From Sporosarcina sp. (GTDB taxonomy: Bacteria; Bacillota; Bacilli; Bacillales_A; Planococcaceae), in contig JARIBI010000120.1 in the NCBI GenBank assembly GCA_029257435.1, positions 3,564-67,563 on the forward strand: 64,000 nucleotides of DNA, in the 5' to 3' direction. The notes beneath the pieces were generated by a model that saw only the letters and a program-made list of their open reading frames with translations, had not been told where the DNA came from and made no database searches. A program made the translations under genes and the position numbers. Of this stretch, positions 50,616 through 63,999 are shown one piece after another; position 1 is the stretch's first letter, and each line of letters starts with the position of its first letter.

Positions 50616-50879
50616 TTAGATGATGACCGCTTTTTCGACTACTTCAAGAAGGCGGAAACGCTTTGTAGCTGACAACGGACGAGTTTCCATGATACGGACT
50701 ACATCGCCAATCTTAGCTTCGTTCATTTCATCATGTGCTTTATATTTCTTAGAATACTTTACACGCTTGCCATACAAAGAATGCTTTTTGTGTGTTTCTA
50801 CCATTACCGTTACCGTTTTGTCCATTTTGTCGGATACAACACGGCCTGTGTATACTTTGCGTTGGTTACGCTCAGTCAT
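50616..50879 (-). CDS. rpsQ: 30S ribosomal protein S17
   Basis: [22 protein letters not shown]. Confidence 0.99.
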   Translation of the reverse strand: MTERNQRKVYTGRVVSDKMDKTVTVMVETHKKHSLYGKRVKYSKKYKAHDEMNEAKIGDVVRIMETRPLSATKRFRLLEVVEKAVII

Positions 50880-50896
50880 GGGTGCAACCTCCTTCA

Positions 50897-51521
<625 letters not shown>

Positions 51522-51523
51522 GA

Positions 51524-52180
51524 TTAGTTGCCTCCTTCCCCAGAGTTCTTCTTCACTGGAAGGACTTCTCCACGATAGATCCATACTTTAACTCCAAGTT
51601 TACCGTATGTTGTATCGGCTTCAGCATGTGCATAATCGATATCTGCACGAAGTGTATGAAGTGGAACAGTTCCTTCGCTGTAATGTTCTGCACGTGCGAT
51701 GTCGGCTCCACCAAGACGTCCGGATACTTGAGTTTTGATACCCTTTGCTCCAGAACGGATTGTGCGTTGGATAGCCTGTTTTTGTGCACGGCGGAATGAA
51801 ACGCGGCTTTCTAGTTGACGTGCGATTGATTCTGCAACCAATTTCGCGTCAAGATCAGCACGCTTAATTTCAACGATGTTAATGTGTACACGCTTGCCAG
51901 AGATTTCGTTTAATGATTTACGAAGTGCTTCGACTTCAGTACCACCTTTACCGATAACCATACCAGGCTTAGCAGTGTGAATTGTAATGTTTACTTTTTT
52001 CGCAGCGCGTTCGATTTCTACTTTAGAAACTGAAGCATCTGCTAGACGTGTTTCGATATATTTGCGGATTTTAAGGTCTTCGTGCAAGAGAGTCGCATAG
52101 TCTTTTTCTGCATACCATTTCGAATCCCAGTCACGAATTATACCGACCCGCAGACCGTTAGGATGTATTTTTTGACCCAC
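51524..52180 (-). CDS. rpsC: 30S ribosomal protein S3
   Basis: [21 protein letters not shown]; GTG start. Confidence 0.99.
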   Translation of the reverse strand: MGQKIHPNGLRVGIIRDWDSKWYAEKDYATLLHEDLKIRKYIETRLADASVSKVEIERAAKKVNITIHTAKPGMVIGKGGTEVEALRKSLNEISGKRVHINIVEIKRADLDAKLVAESIARQLESRVSFRRAQKQAIQRTIRSGAKGIKTQVSGRLGGADIARAEHYSEGTVPLHTLRADIDYAHAEADTTYGKLGVKVWIYRGEVLPVKKNSGEGGN

Positions 52181-52183
52181 GAA

Positions 52184-52528
52184 TTATCCCTCCTTCTTTT
52201 CAGATACCACTACAGTGATGTGGCTTGTGCGTTTGTTGATTGCGCTCGCACGGCCTTGTGCACGTGGACGGAAACGTTTCATAGTAGGACCTTCATCAAC
52301 GAATACTTCGCTAACAATTAGGTTCTCTAGATCCATTTCGTAGTTGTGCTCAGCGTTTGCGATAGCTGAATTCAATACTTTTTCTACGACTGGTGATGCC
52401 GCTTTCGGCGTCAAACGTAGAATCGCTACAGCTTCACCGATTTTCTTGCCCCGGATAAGATCAACGACTAATCGGACTTTACGAGGAGCAATACGGACTG
52501 TTTGCGCAGATGCTTTAGCTTGTTGCAT
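52184..52528 (-). CDS. rplV: 50S ribosomal protein L22
   Basis: [21 protein letters not shown]. Confidence 0.99.
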   Translation of the reverse strand: MQQAKASAQTVRIAPRKVRLVVDLIRGKKIGEAVAILRLTPKAASPVVEKVLNSAIANAEHNYEMDLENLIVSEVFVDEGPTMKRFRPRAQGRASAINKRTSHITVVVSEKKEG

Positions 52529-52547
52529 CAGAAATTCCTCCTCTCAA

Positions 52548-52826
52548 TTAGCGTTTCGTTTTCTTATCATCGGCACCGTGGCCTCTGTAAGTACGGGTAG
52601 GTGCGAACTCACCTAGTTTGTGGCCGACCATGTCTTCAGTGATGTAGACAGGTACGTGTTTGCGTCCGTCGTATACAGCGATTGTCAATCCGATGAAGGA
52701 TGGGAATACTGTAGAGCGGCGTGACCAAGTCTTAATGACTTGTTTCTTTTGTGCATCTTTTTGAGCATCAACCTTTTTAAGCAAATGATCATCTGCGAAA
52801 GGTCCTTTTTTCAAGCTGCGGCCCAT
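52548..52826 (-). CDS. rpsS: 30S ribosomal protein S19
   Basis: [21 protein letters not shown]. Confidence 0.99.
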   Translation of the reverse strand: MGRSLKKGPFADDHLLKKVDAQKDAQKKQVIKTWSRRSTVFPSFIGLTIAVYDGRKHVPVYITEDMVGHKLGEFAPTRTYRGHGADDKKTKR

Positions 52827-52886
52827 TTCGTTACCTCCCTTTGTGTTCGTACTACGGCCCAATCATTGAACCGCAGTGCAATCACA

Positions 52887-53717
52887 TTATTTTTTGCGAC
52901 GACGAACGATAAGTTTGTCGGATTTGTTTCTCTTAGAACGAGTTTTGTAACCAAGAGTTGGCTTGCCCCAAGGTGTAACTGGGCTTGGACGACCGATTGG
53001 AGTACGTCCTTCACCACCACCGTGTGGGTGATCGTTCGGGTTCATGACAGATCCACGTACAGTTGGGCGTTTACCCATCCAGCGTGAACGTCCTGCTTTA
53101 CCGATGTTGATGAGTTCGTGCTGCTCGTTACCAACTTGACCGATTGTAGCGCGGCAAACTGACAAGATCATGCGAACTTCACCAGATTGCAAACGGATGA
53201 TGACATACTTGCCTTCACGACCAAGCAATTGTGCAGATGTACCAGCTGAACGGACTAATTGTCCGCCTTTACCAGGCTTCATCTCGATGTTGTGGATTGT
53301 AGAACCCATTGGGATGTTTTCAAGTGGAAGTGCGTTCCCTACGCGGATATCCGCTTCAGGTCCTGACATAATTGTCATTCCAACTGTCAATCCTTTAGGA
53401 GCTAGGATGTAACGTTTTTCTCCATCAGCATAGTTAATCAATGCGATGTTAGCAGAACGGTTTGGATCGTATTCGATCGTAGCAACGCGTCCTGGTATGC
53501 CATCTTTCCGACGTTGGAAGTCGATGACACGGTATTGGCGCTTGTGACCGCCACCTTGGTGACGAACTGTAATCCTACCTTGGTTGTTACGGCCGCCTTT
53601 ACGTTTGACTGGCTGAAGCAAAGATTTTTCTGGTTTGCTAGCAGTGATTTCCGCGAAATCAGAAGTCGTCATGTTACGGCGTCCGTTGGAGGTAGGTTTG
53701 TATTTCTTAATCGCCAT
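52887..53717 (-). CDS. rplB: 50S ribosomal protein L2
   Basis: [21 protein letters not shown]. Confidence 0.99.
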   Translation of the reverse strand: MAIKKYKPTSNGRRNMTTSDFAEITASKPEKSLLQPVKRKGGRNNQGRITVRHQGGGHKRQYRVIDFQRRKDGIPGRVATIEYDPNRSANIALINYADGEKRYILAPKGLTVGMTIMSGPEADIRVGNALPLENIPMGSTIHNIEMKPGKGGQLVRSAGTSAQLLGREGKYVIIRLQSGEVRMILSVCRATIGQVGNEQHELINIGKAGRSRWMGKRPTVRGSVMNPNDHPHGGGEGRTPIGRPSPVTPWGKPTLGYKTRSKRNKSDKLIVRRRKK

Positions 53718-53744
53718 TTGTGTTCCCTCCTTCGTTTATTGTAA

Positions 53745-54029
53745 TTAGATCTCGAATAATTCGATATCTTTAGAATCAGCTGTTAATGTAACAATCGCTT
53801 TACGGCGCTTGTTAGTATAACCAGCATGTTTACCCATGCGCTTGAATTTACCTTTGTAGTTCTGGACGTTCACTTTTTCCACTGTTACTCCGAAGATTTC
53901 TTCGACAGCTTGTTTGATGTGCGTTTTGTTAGCACGAGTGTCGACTTCGAAAGTGTACTTGTTGAATTCCATTGCTTCAGAAGATCGCTCGGTAATGACC
54001 GGACGCTTCAATACATCACGTGCTTCCAT
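53745..54029 (-). CDS. rplW: 50S ribosomal protein L23
   Basis: [17 protein letters not shown] and KAIVTL. Confidence 0.99.
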   Translation of the reverse strand: MEARDVLKRPVITERSSEAMEFNKYTFEVDTRANKTHIKQAVEEIFGVTVEKVNVQNYKGKFKRMGKHAGYTNKRRKAIVTLTADSKDIELFEI

Positions 54030-54652
54030 TAACCAAGCACCTCCTCGATTTTTTTGACAGCATCTTTAGTTAAGATTAGCTGATCGTGACCAACTAAATC
54101 TAAAACGTTAATACCGTTAGCTGTAACTACGCTGATGCCAGGGATGTTACGAGCAGACAAAGCTACTGTTTCATCAAGGTCAGCTGTTACGAATAATGCT
54201 TTTTTGCTGATTGACAAGTCTTTCAGCACTTTTGTGAATTCTTTTGTCTTTGGTGCATCGAAAGCTAACGCTTCTAATACGACCATTTCTTCGTCACGTA
54301 CTTTTGAAGACAAAGCAGAACGAAGTGCAAGACGACGGACTTTCTTCGGCATCTTGTAGCTATAGCTACGAGGTGTTGGTCCGAATACGATACCGCCTCC
54401 ACGCCATTGTGGAGATCTGATTGAGCCCTGACGAGCACGACCTGTTCCTTTTTGGCGCCATGGTTTGCGACCACCGCCAGCTACTTCAGCGCGTGTTTTT
54501 ACTTTATGGTTCCCTTGACGCAATGACGCGCGTTGTTGAACCAATGCTTCGAATAGGACTGCTTCATTCGGCTCAATTCCGAATACAAGTTCACTCAATT
54601 CGATTTCGCCTGCTGCAGATCCTGTTTGATTCACTACGGATACTTTTGGCAT
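54029..54652 (-). CDS. rplD: 50S ribosomal protein L4
   Basis: [22 protein letters not shown]. Confidence 0.99.
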   Translation of the reverse strand: MPKVSVVNQTGSAAGEIELSELVFGIEPNEAVLFEALVQQRASLRQGNHKVKTRAEVAGGGRKPWRQKGTGRARQGSIRSPQWRGGGIVFGPTPRSYSYKMPKKVRRLALRSALSSKVRDEEMVVLEALAFDAPKTKEFTKVLKDLSISKKALFVTADLDETVALSARNIPGISVVTANGINVLDLVGHDQLILTKDAVKKIEEVLG

Positions 54653-54677
54653 TAGTGTTTCCTCCTTCCTTCGTTAA

Positions 54678-55307
54678 TTAGTTCCCTTTAATCGCGCTTT
54701 TCACTACTACTAGTGATTTGCGTGATCCTGGAACGTTACCTTTTACTAGCAACAAGTTGCGCTCTGTGTCAACTCGTACAACTTCAAGGTTTTGGATTGT
54801 AACTGTTTTGCCACCCATACGGCCTGGCATTTTTTTACCTTTGAATACACGTTGAGCATCAACCGAACCGATTGAACCTGTTGAACGGTGGTGTCGAGAT
54901 CCGTGGCTCATTGGTCCACGTGAGAAACCGTGGCGCTTAATTACACCTTGGAAACCTTTACCTTTTGATACTCCTGTGATATCGATGATTTCGCCTTCTG
55001 CGAATGTATCGACTTTGACTTCCTGACCAACTTCGTACCCAGCTACGTCGACTCCGCGGAATTCGCGAATGAAGCGCTTAGGTGTTGTTTCAGCTTTCGC
55101 AGTATGTCCCATTTCTGGTTTGTTTGAAAGCTTTTCACGTTTGTCTTCGAATCCAAGCTGAATTGCTTCATAGCCGTCTGTTTCGATTGTCTTCTTTTGA
55201 AGAACCACGTTTGGAGCAGCCGCAATTACAGTTACAGGGATTAGATCGCCGTTTTCAGCAAAAATTTGCGTCATACCGACTTTTCTTCCTAAGATTCCTT
55301 TGGTCAT
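54678..55307 (-). CDS. rplC: 50S ribosomal protein L3
   Basis: [21 protein letters not shown]. Confidence 0.99.
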   Translation of the reverse strand: MTKGILGRKVGMTQIFAENGDLIPVTVIAAAPNVVLQKKTIETDGYEAIQLGFEDKREKLSNKPEMGHTAKAETTPKRFIREFRGVDVAGYEVGQEVKVDTFAEGEIIDITGVSKGKGFQGVIKRHGFSRGPMSHGSRHHRSTGSIGSVDAQRVFKGKKMPGRMGGKTVTIQNLEVVRVDTERNLLLVKGNVPGSRKSLVVVKSAIKGN

Positions 55308-55353
55308 TTGTCACACCTCCTGGTTAATTTGTTTTTAGTTTTATAGTTTGCCA

Positions 55354-55785
<432 letters not shown>

Positions 55786-55791
55786 CTAAAC

Positions 55792-55881
55792 ATTATACAC
55801 ATAAAAAAAGAATGTCGCAATAGGTTTAGCGATATTCTTTAACAACTTTTATAGTATAGAACGAAATGGAGATAGATGCAA
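55792..55881 (-). promoter_or_regulatory. Tandem SigA promoters of the S10 operon
   Basis: TTGCAT-N17-TATACT (55853-55881) and TTGCGA-N17-TATAAT (55792-55820), matching the two-promoter layout in B. subtilis. Confidence 0.8.
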
Positions 55882-56340
55882 CTAATTTGTTGTGAATGTT
55901 TGCAAGTAATTTGGATTATTTTTGAGTGATGTTTCAGGAATTAGATACAGGAATAAAAGAATTTAATATAGATAATCAGTTTTCGTGCCCTTTATATTTT
56001 AGTGATGCGTTGTTTTACTGGGTGTATTTTTATCGGCGGATTGCACTTTTTGTAATTTAGTTTGAACCAGGTTCTATTGTACTGGAATGTTTTTTGTGGG
56101 GTTTATGATCGGTTGTGTTGAGATTATGAGCAAATTGTAGAGTCGGAGCATCAATCTTTGCCTATCGGGGATGATTATTAGTGAATATCATTCCCCCTGC
56201 AGTAAATGGCTTTGTGAAACAAAGCAGACAAATTAATCTTGGTATTGATTGTTGAAGTAGAATTGGGCGGACTTTGCAGCAGCGGCAGAGATGGGAGCAA
56301 GGTTAGTAGTTGGTTCATACAATTACGAAAGGTTTCTGGG

Positions 56341-56500
56341 GGTTTATGATCTTTTCTACACGTTTATGAGCGGTTCTCTAGGTTTATGATCACTTTCACA
56401 CGTTTATGAGCGGTTCTCAACCTTTATGATCACTTCCACACTTTTATGAGCGGTTCTCAGAAATCAAAATCACTTTCACGCGCTTTACGATCATCCCTAA
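56341..56500. repeat. Tandem repeat, 40-nt unit x3 plus a degenerate 4th, with TTTATGA(T/G)C core every 20 nt
   Basis: Units ggtttatgatcttttctacacgtttatgagcggttctcta / ggtttatgatcactttcacacgtttatgagcggttctcaa / cctttatgatcacttccacacttttatgagcggttctcag. Confidence 0.9.
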
Positions 56501-56553
56501 CGAGTAACTAGTAATTCACAGGATACTTGGCCAGCCTGACAATTAAAAGACAT

Positions 56554-56580
56554 AAAAAAACCCGCCACAAGGGCGGGTTT
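56554..56580 (-). terminator. tuf terminator
   Basis: AAACCCGCCC-TTGT-GGCGGGTTTTTTT. Confidence 0.85.
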
Positions 56581-56587
56581 AAAAGTA

Positions 56588-57775
56588 TTACTTAATGATT
56601 GTGGCTACAACGCCAGCTCCAACTGTACGTCCACCTTCACGGATTGAGAATTTAGTACCTTCTTCAATCGCGATTGGAGAGATCAGTTCGATAGTCATTT
56701 CAACGTTATCGCCAGGCATAACCATTTCTACGCCTTCTGGAAGAGAGATGATTCCAGTTACGTCAGTTGTACGGAAGTAGAACTGTGGGCGGTAGTTTGA
56801 GAAGAATGGAGTGTGACGTCCACCCTCTTCTTTTGATAGAACATAAACTTCAGATTTGAAGTTTGTGTGCGGTGTGATAGTACCCGGCTTAGCAAGTACT
56901 TGTCCACGCTCGATGTCTTCACGTGCTACACCACGAAGCAATGCTCCGATGTTGTCGCCAGCTTCTGCATAGTCAAGAAGCTTACGGAACATTTCTACAC
57001 CTGTTACAGTTGTAGCTTTAGGCTCTTCAGTCAAACCAATGATGTCAACAGTATCGCCTACTTTAACTACTCCACGCTCAACGCGTCCAGTAGCAACTGT
57101 ACCACGTCCTGTGATTGAGAATACGTCCTCAACAGGCATCATGAATGGCTTGTCAGTGTCGCGCTCTGGAGTTGGGATGTAGCTATCAACTGCGTCCATA
57201 AGCTCAACAATTTTTTCTTCCCATGCTTCTTCGCCTTCAAGTGCTTTAAGTGCTGAACCTTTGATAACAGGAATGTCATCGCCAGGGAAGTCGTATTCAG
57301 AAAGAAGATCACGAATTTCCATTTCAACAAGCTCAAGAAGCTCTTCGTCGTCTACCATGTCACATTTGTTCATGAAGACTACTAGGTAAGGTACACCAAC
57401 TTGACGTGAAAGAAGGATGTGCTCACGAGTTTGTGGCATTGGGCCGTCAGCTGCAGAAACAACAAGGATTCCGCCGTCCATTTGAGCAGCGCCTGTGATC
57501 ATGTTTTTAACATAGTCGGCGTGTCCTGGGCAGTCTACGTGTGCGTAGTGACGAGTTGCTGTTTCATATTCAACGTGTGAAGTATTGATTGTGATACCGC
57601 GTTCTTTTTCTTCTGGTGCGTTATCAACGTCAGCGTATGAACGTGCTTCACCGCCGCCTTTTTTTGCAAGTACTGTTGCGATTGCAGCAGTTAAAGTTGT
57701 TTTACCGTGGTCAACGTGACCAATTGTTCCAACGTTTGCGTGTGTTTTGGACCGATCGAATTTTTCTTTAGCCAT
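56588..57775 (-). CDS. tuf: Elongation factor Tu
   Basis: [17 protein letters not shown] and [10 protein letters not shown]. Confidence 0.99.
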   Translation of the reverse strand: MAKEKFDRSKTHANVGTIGHVDHGKTTLTAAIATVLAKKGGGEARSYADVDNAPEEKERGITINTSHVEYETATRHYAHVDCPGHADYVKNMITGAAQMDGGILVVSAADGPMPQTREHILLSRQVGVPYLVVFMNKCDMVDDEELLELVEMEIRDLLSEYDFPGDDIPVIKGSALKALEGEEAWEEKIVELMDAVDSYIPTPERDTDKPFMMPVEDVFSITGRGTVATGRVERGVVKVGDTVDIIGLTEEPKATTVTGVEMFRKLLDYAEAGDNIGALLRGVAREDIERGQVLAKPGTITPHTNFKSEVYVLSKEEGGRHTPFFSNYRPQFYFRTTDVTGIISLPEGVEMVMPGDNVEMTIELISPIAIEEGTKFSIREGGRTVGAGVVATIIK

Positions 57776-57867
57776 TTTGGAGTTCCTCCTCTAAATTGAG
57801 TATGATTTTAGTTTTATAGATACGGAACGAAGGCCGCGCGACCTCCAATTCCATAGCTTACAAGGTA

Positions 57868-57896
57868 GTTATACTTGATTTAAAGCCCAATTTCAA
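57868..57896 (-). promoter_or_regulatory. Internal SigA promoter of tuf
   Basis: TTGAAA-N17-TATAAC. Confidence 0.65.
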
Positions 57897-59975
57897 TTAT
57901 TGGCCTTTATTTTTCTTAATGACTTCTTCAGCAACTGATTTCGGCACTTCTTCGTAGTGGTCGAAAGTCATTGAGAAGACGCCGCGTCCTTGTGTGTTCG
58001 AACGGAGAGATGTCGCATAACCGAACATTTCTGCCAAAGGAACCATAGCACGAACGACTTGTGCATTACCGCGTGCGTCCATTCCTTCTACACGACCGCG
58101 ACGAGAAGTGATGTCACCCATAATATCTCCCATGTATTCATCTGGGATGATGACTTCAACTTTCATTGTTGGCTCGAGAAGAACTGGGTCACATTTAGAT
58201 ACTGCATTTTTCAAAGCCATAGATGCTGCGATTTTGAAGGCCATTTCGTTTGAGTCAACATCATGGTAAGAACCGTCGAATAGACGAGCCTTAATGTCGA
58301 TCAAAGGATAACCTGCAAGAACACCGTTATTAAGGGAGTCACGCACACCCGCTTCGATTGCTGGAATGTATTCACGAGGAACTACACCACCAACGATGTT
58401 GTTCTTGAATTCAAATCCTGCACCCTCTTCGTTTGGTTCGAATTCGATCCAAACGTGTCCGAATTGTCCACGTCCACCAGACTGACGTACGAATTTACCT
58501 TCGACTTCAGCGCCTTTGCGGAACGTTTCACGATACGATACTTGAGGAGCACCAACGTTTGCTTCCACTTTGAATTCACGGCGCAGACGGTCAACGATGA
58601 TATCCAAGTGGAGCTCACCCATACCTGCGATAATGACTTCACCAGTTTCCTGGTCAGTGTGTGCACGGAACGTTGGATCTTCTTCTTGAAGTTTACCTAG
58701 AGCTTGTCCCATTTTGTCTTGGTCAGCCTTTGTTTTCGGCTCGATCGCAACAGAGATAACCGGCTCAGGGAATTCCATAGATTCAAGAATGATCATAGCT
58801 TTGTCGTCACAAAGCGTATCGCCAGTTCCTGTATCTTTGAGTCCAACAGCAGCAGCAATTTCTCCTGCGTGAACTTCGGAAATTTCTTCACGGTGGTTAG
58901 CGTGCATTTGCAGGATACGACCTACACGCTCACGCTTGTCTTTAGAAGAGTTCTTGATATAAGAACCCGACTGCAAGACACCTGAGTAAACACGGAAGAA
59001 TGTAAGTTTACCGACGTAAGGGTCAGTCATAACTTTGAACGCAAGTGCTGAGAATGGTGCTTCATCGCTAGCTTTACGCTCTTCTTCTTGTTCAGTTTCA
59101 GGGTTGATCCCCATCATTGGCGGTAGATCAGTTGGAGCTGGCAAGTAGTCGATGACAGCATCTAGTACAAGTTGAACTCCTTTGTTTTTGAAAGCAGTAC
59201 CACAAACAACTGGGTAGAATTCTACAGCCAATGTTGCTTTACGGATTGCATTTTTAAGTTCTTCGACTGAGAGTTCTTCTCCGCCAAGGTATTTTTCCAT
59301 GAGAACTTCATCGAAATCTACAATAGCTTCAACCAAACGCTCGCGAGCTTTTTCTGCATCCGCGCGGTATTCTTCAGGAATTTCTCCGACTTCAACGTTC
59401 ATACCAGTATCATCTGGATAGAAGCTAGCTTTCATTTCGACTAGGTCGATGATTGCTTCGAAGTCATCTTCCGCACCAATTGGTAATTGGATTGGGTGTG
59501 CATTCGCTTGAAGACGCTCGTGGAGTGTGCCAACCGAGTAAAGGAAGTCAGCTCCAGTTTTGTCCATCTTGTTGACAAATACGAGACGTGGAACGCCGTA
59601 TGTTGTCGCTTGACGCCAAACAGTTTCTGTCTGTGGCTCAACACCAGATTGTGCATCAAGAACCGTTACAGCACCATCAAGTACACGAAGTGAACGTTCA
59701 ACTTCAACTGTGAAGTCTACGTGTCCTGGAGTATCGATGATGTTAACACGGTGGCCTTTCCAACTTGCTGTTGTCGCAGCTGAAGTGATCGTAATTCCAC
59801 GCTCTTGCTCCTGCTCCATCCAGTCCATCTGAGACGCACCTTCGTGCGTTTCTCCGATTTTGTGGATACGACCTGTGTAATAAAGGATCCGCTCAGTCGT
59901 TGTTGTTTTACCAGCATCGATGTGAGCCATGATACCAATGTTACGAGTATTCTCTAAGGAGAACTCTCTACCCAT
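57897..59975 (-). CDS. fusA: Elongation factor G
   Basis: [17 protein letters not shown] and GMGELHL. Confidence 0.99.
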   Translation of the reverse strand: MGREFSLENTRNIGIMAHIDAGKTTTTERILYYTGRIHKIGETHEGASQMDWMEQEQERGITITSAATTASWKGHRVNIIDTPGHVDFTVEVERSLRVLDGAVTVLDAQSGVEPQTETVWRQATTYGVPRLVFVNKMDKTGADFLYSVGTLHERLQANAHPIQLPIGAEDDFEAIIDLVEMKASFYPDDTGMNVEVGEIPEEYRADAEKARERLVEAIVDFDEVLMEKYLGGEELSVEELKNAIRKATLAVEFYPVVCGTAFKNKGVQLVLDAVIDYLPAPTDLPPMMGINPETEQEEERKASDEAPFSALAFKVMTDPYVGKLTFFRVYSGVLQSGSYIKNSSKDKRERVGRILQMHANHREEISEVHAGEIAAAVGLKDTGTGDTLCDDKAMIILESMEFPEPVISVAIEPKTKADQDKMGQALGKLQEEDPTFRAHTDQETGEVIIAGMGELHLDIIVDRLRREFKVEANVGAPQVSYRETFRKGAEVEGKFVRQSGGRGQFGHVWIEFEPNEEGAGFEFKNNIVGGVVPREYIPAIEAGVRDSLNNGVLAGYPLIDIKARLFDGSYHDVDSNEMAFKIAASMALKNAVSKCDPVLLEPTMKVEVIIPDEYMGDIMGDITSRRGRVEGMDARGNAQVVRAMVPLAEMFGYATSLRSNTQGRGVFSMTFDHYEEVPKSVAEEVIKKNKGQ

Positions 59976-60026
59976 TTTGTATTGCTCCCTCCATATAGGA
60001 ATAACGAATTGATGAACGAGTGGATT

Positions 60027-60497
60027 TTACCAGCGGTAATGAGCGAATGCTTTGTTCGCTTCTGCCATCTTGTGCATTTCTTCACGACGCTTAACAGATG
60101 CGCCTGTGTTGTTTGATGCGTCAAGAATTTCGTTCGCAAGACGTTCTTCCATTGTCTTTTCACCGCGAGTACGTGAATAGTTCACAAGGTAACGAAGACC
60201 AAGAGTTGTACGTCGCTCTGGACGAACTTCAACTGGTACTTGATAGTTAGCTCCACCTACACGGCGTGCGCGAACTTCAAGAACTGGCATTACATTGTTT
60301 AGTGCTGCTTCAAATACTTCAATCGGATCATTTCCAGAACGTTCTTTAACAAGTTCGAACGCACCGTATAAAATTTTCTGAGAAGTACCTTTCTTACCGT
60401 CTACCATCATTTTGTTGATGAGGCGGCTGACAAGCTTCGAATTATAAATCGGATCTGGCAAAACGTCACGTTTTGCTACTGGACCTTTACGAGGCAT
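60027..60497 (-). CDS. rpsG: 30S ribosomal protein S7
   Basis: [15 protein letters not shown] and NKAFAHYRW. Confidence 0.99.
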   Translation of the reverse strand: MPRKGPVAKRDVLPDPIYNSKLVSRLINKMMVDGKKGTSQKILYGAFELVKERSGNDPIEVFEAALNNVMPVLEVRARRVGGANYQVPVEVRPERRTTLGLRYLVNYSRTRGEKTMEERLANEILDASNNTGASVKRREEMHKMAEANKAFAHYRW

Positions 60498-60532
60498 GGT
60501 GTGTTCCTCCTTTCAAAATAGTTGCTGATTTA

Positions 60533-60952
60533 TTATTTTTTCTCTTTTGGTTTTTTCGCACCGTAGTGTGAACGGCTTTGCATACGGCCAGTTACACCAG
60601 CAGTATCAAGTGCTCCACGTACGATATGGTAACGCACACCCGGTAAGTCTTTTACTTTACCTCCACGGATTAGAACAACACTGTGCTCTTGAAGGTTGTG
60701 ACCTTCACCAGGGATATAAGCGTTAACTTCCAATGTGTTTGTCAAACGAACACGAGCATATTTACGAAGAGCCGAGTTTGGCTTCTTCGGAGTCATTGTA
60801 CCCACACGTGTGCAGACACCTCGTTTTTGTGGCGAGTTGACATTCGTCATTGACTTTTTGAAACTGTTATACGTTTTTCCAAGTGCCGGAGCTTTTGAAC
60901 CGCTAGTATTCGACTGGCGAGGTTTGCGGACCAATTGGTTAATTGTAGGCAT
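60533..60952 (-). CDS. rpsL: 30S ribosomal protein S12
   Basis: [18 protein letters not shown] and KDLPGVRY. Confidence 0.99.
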   Translation of the reverse strand: MPTINQLVRKPRQSNTSGSKAPALGKTYNSFKKSMTNVNSPQKRGVCTRVGTMTPKKPNSALRKYARVRLTNTLEVNAYIPGEGHNLQEHSVVLIRGGKVKDLPGVRYHIVRGALDTAGVTGRMQSRSHYGAKKPKEKK

Positions 60953-61052
60953 CGGTTTTTCCTCCTTCCAACTTCTTTTTAAGACCACACATCCAGGTGG
61001 TTCATTTTTTGGGTAAAAACAAAGGCTTTGCACATTTTTTGCGCAAAAACCG

Positions 61053-61301
61053 TTAATCAGTGATGACGACCACTGATGCAGCTACTTGAATGCCACATGC
61101 TTTTCCAAGTTCATCCCGAGAATCAACATATGATAATGGAACTCCTTGACGAGCTGCTTCTTCAATTACAGGAGTGGTTACCCGCTCTTCTGCATCTTGT
61201 GCAATGAAGACTTCATGCGCCTTATTCAGACGAATCGTTTTCACCGCTTGCTTTGTACCGATGATCAGCTTCTTTGCCTGAATGACTTTATCATAAGACA
61301 T
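61053..61301 (-). CDS. ybxF: L7Ae-family kink-turn RNA-binding protein (YbxF/RplGB)
   Basis: MSYDKV, GTKQAVK and [10 protein letters not shown]; start at 61301. Confidence 0.93.
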   Translation of the reverse strand: MSYDKVIQAKKLIIGTKQAVKTIRLNKAHEVFIAQDAEERVTTPVIEEAARQGVPLSYVDSRDELGKACGIQVAASVVVITD

Positions 61302-61346
61302 AAGGACATCCTCCAAAGTACAGACATTCAACTATCAACCTTTTGT

Positions 61347-61375
61347 ATAGTACCATCTGCAAGACTGCATGTCAA
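61347..61375 (-). promoter_or_regulatory. SigA promoter of the ybxF-str operon
   Basis: TTGACA-N17-TACTAT. Confidence 0.75.
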
Positions 61376-61422
61376 CAGTAAAAAGAAAAACGGAAGGAGA
61401 ATTTCCTCCCGTTTTAGTCTTA

Positions 61423-63999
61423 TTACTCTGCTGGTACTGCATCCTCTTCTACTTCATCGCGATCCATTTCAATTCCGCGATAACGCTGCATGCCCGTTCC
61501 TGCTGGAATGAGCTTACCGATGATAACATTCTCCTTCAAGCCGAGAAGATCATCTGTTTTACCTTTGATGGCAGCATCCGTCAATACACGTGTTGTTTCC
61601 TGGAACGATGCAGCAGATAGGAATGATTCTGTTTCTAGCGACGCTTTTGTAATACCAAGGATTACAGGACGCGCTGTCGCTGGAAGTTTGTTGGCTTTAA
61701 GAACTTTTCCGTTGGCATCCGCAAACTGATGGATGTCGAGCAGTGAGCCTGGAAGCAAGTCTGTGTCACCCGCTTCAATGACGCGGACTTTACGCATCAT
61801 CTGACGGACCATCACTTCAACGTGCTTATCCCCAATTTCAACACCCTGCATCCGGTATACTTTCTGCACTTCTTTCAGAAGGTATTCCTGAACAGTTGAA
61901 ACGTCTTTTACAACGATCAATTCTTTTGGATCAATTGAACCTTCAGTCAATGCTTGACCGCGTTCAATCTCATCTCCTACCTCAACTTTCAAACGACCAT
62001 TATATGGAGCAAGGTATTTACGTGTCTCCACGTCACCTTTAATCGTCATTTCTTTTTGTCCTTCACGGATCTCATCGATATCTGTAACAATACCTTTGAT
62101 TTGTGAAATAACAGCTTGACCTTTAGGGTTACGAGATTCGAAAATCTCCTGGATACGCGGAAGACCTTGTGTAATGTCGTCTCCTGCTACACCGCCTGTG
62201 TGGAATGTACGCATCGTAAGCTGTGTACCTGGTTCTCCGATTGACTGAGCCGCAATAATACCAACTGCTTCCCCAACTTCAACCGCTTCTCCAGTTGCCA
62301 AGTTAATGCCGTAACATTTCTTACAAACACCGTGTTTTGTATTACAAGTGAACGCCGAACGAATCGACATAGTCGTAATACCTGCACCGATGATAGCCTG
62401 TGCGATATCCGCTGTAATAAGCTGGTTTTTCTCTACTAAGACTTCTCCCGTTTCAGGATGAAGCACTCTCTTCTTAGCGTGACGGCCTTCAATACGCTCA
62501 TCTAGCGGCTCAATCATTTCAACGCCTTCAGTAAGGGCTGAAATTTCAAGTCCGCGGTCTGTGCCACAGTCATCTTCACGAACAATGACATCTTGTGCAA
62601 CATCAACGAGACGACGCGTAAGGTATCCTGAGTCAGCAGTTTTAAGGGCTGTATCAGCAAGTCCTTTACGTGCACCGTGAGTGGAGATGAAATATTCGAG
62701 AACTGTAAGTCCTTCACGGAATGATGACTTGATCGGCAATTCAATGATACGTCCTGCCGGGTTGGCCATCAGTCCACGCATACCTGCGAGCTGTGTAAAG
62801 TTCGACGCGTTACCACGGGCTCCAGAGTCACTCATCATGAAGATTGGATTTGTGTTTTCCAAAGAGTCCATCAGCTTGCCCTGGATGACATCTTTCGCAT
62901 GACTCCAGTAAGAAATAACACGATCGTAACGCTCTTCGTCTGTAATCAGACCGCGACGGAACTGCTGTGTCACTTTATCTACTTTCGCTTGTGCGTCTTG
63001 CAAGATTTCGTGCTTATCTGGAAGTACGACGATATCAGCGATACCAATTGTAATTCCTGCACGTGTCGAGTATTTGAATCCAAGGTTTTTCATACGGTCA
63101 AGCATTTTTGAAGTTTCAGTAATGTGGAATCTACGGAAGATCTCAGCAATGATTTCACCAAGAATCGCCTTCTTGAATGGTGACACGACTTCTGCAGCTT
63201 GGACGTGTTTAGGAATATCCGTTGTGCCTGGCACAAAGTACTTAGCAGGTGTTTCGATTTGAAGGTTGTTCATAGTTGGCTCATTAATATACGGGAAAGA
63301 CTCAGGAAGAATCTCGTTAAAGATTACTTTACCTACTGTCGTAATTAACAATTGGCTATTCTGTTCTTCTGTAAACGTCGGGTTCTTAAGGGAGCTCGCT
63401 GCAATCGCAATACGGGAGTGCAAATGCACATGTCCATTTTGATACGCAATCAATGCTTCGTTCATATTACTGAACGTTTTACCTTCTCCAACAACACCTG
63501 GACGTTCAAGAGTTAAGTAATAGTTACCAAGTACCATATCCTGTGAAGGAGTAACAACCGGTTTACCATCCTTAGGATTCAAGATGTTCTGTGCAGCGAG
63601 CATTAAAAGACGTGCTTCTGCTTGAGCTTCTGCTGATAAAGGTACGTGTACCGCCATTTGGTCACCATCGAAGTCAGCATTATATGCTGTACATACAAGT
63701 GGGTGAAGCTGAATAGCGCGACCTTCAACAAGCATTGGTTCGAACGCCTGAATACCTAGACGGTGAAGCGTAGGGGCACGGTTCAAGAGAACTGGATGCT
63801 CCCGGATGACTTCTTCAAGAACATCCCATACTTCCGAATGCAATCGCTCGATTTTACGTTTCGCGCTCTTAATGTTGTGCGCCAGACCGCGTTCAACGAG
63901 TTCTTTCATAACGAATGGCTTGAATAACTCAATCGCCATTTCTTTCGGAAGTCCGCACTGATACATTTTCAAGTTAGGTCCTACGACGATAACTGAACG
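61423..63999 (-). CDS. rpoC: RNA polymerase beta' subunit, C-terminal ~860 aa (5' end outside window)
   Basis: NADFDGDQM catalytic motif, [13 protein letters not shown] and LKENVIIG. Confidence 0.99.
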   Translation of the reverse strand, partial: RSVIVVGPNLKMYQCGLPKEMAIELFKPFVMKELVERGLAHNIKSAKRKIERLHSEVWDVLEEVIREHPVLLNRAPTLHRLGIQAFEPMLVEGRAIQLHPLVCTAYNADFDGDQMAVHVPLSAEAQAEARLLMLAAQNILNPKDGKPVVTPSQDMVLGNYYLTLERPGVVGEGKTFSNMNEALIAYQNGHVHLHSRIAIAASSLKNPTFTEEQNSQLLITTVGKVIFNEILPESFPYINEPTMNNLQIETPAKYFVPGTTDIPKHVQAAEVVSPFKKAILGEIIAEIFRRFHITETSKMLDRMKNLGFKYSTRAGITIGIADIVVLPDKHEILQDAQAKVDKVTQQFRRGLITDEERYDRVISYWSHAKDVIQGKLMDSLENTNPIFMMSDSGARGNASNFTQLAGMRGLMANPAGRIIELPIKSSFREGLTVLEYFISTHGARKGLADTALKTADSGYLTRRLVDVAQDVIVREDDCGTDRGLEISALTEGVEMIEPLDERIEGRHAKKRVLHPETGEVLVEKNQLITADIAQAIIGAGITTMSIRSAFTCNTKHGVCKKCYGINLATGEAVEVGEAVGIIAAQSIGEPGTQLTMRTFHTGGVAGDDITQGLPRIQEIFESRNPKGQAVISQIKGIVTDIDEIREGQKEMTIKGDVETRKYLAPYNGRLKVEVGDEIERGQALTEGSIDPKELIVVKDVSTVQEYLLKEVQKVYRMQGVEIGDKHVEVMVRQMMRKVRVIEAGDTDLLPGSLLDIHQFADANGKVLKANKLPATARPVILGITKASLETESFLSAASFQETTRVLTDAAIKGKTDDLLGLKENVIIGKLIPAGTGMQRYRGIEMDRDEVEEDAVPAE

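Noticed and set aside
56341-56500. CRISPR array
   Set aside because: The intervening sequences are 11-nt, near-identical alternating linkers rather than unique 30-40-nt spacers, and there are no cas genes in the window.
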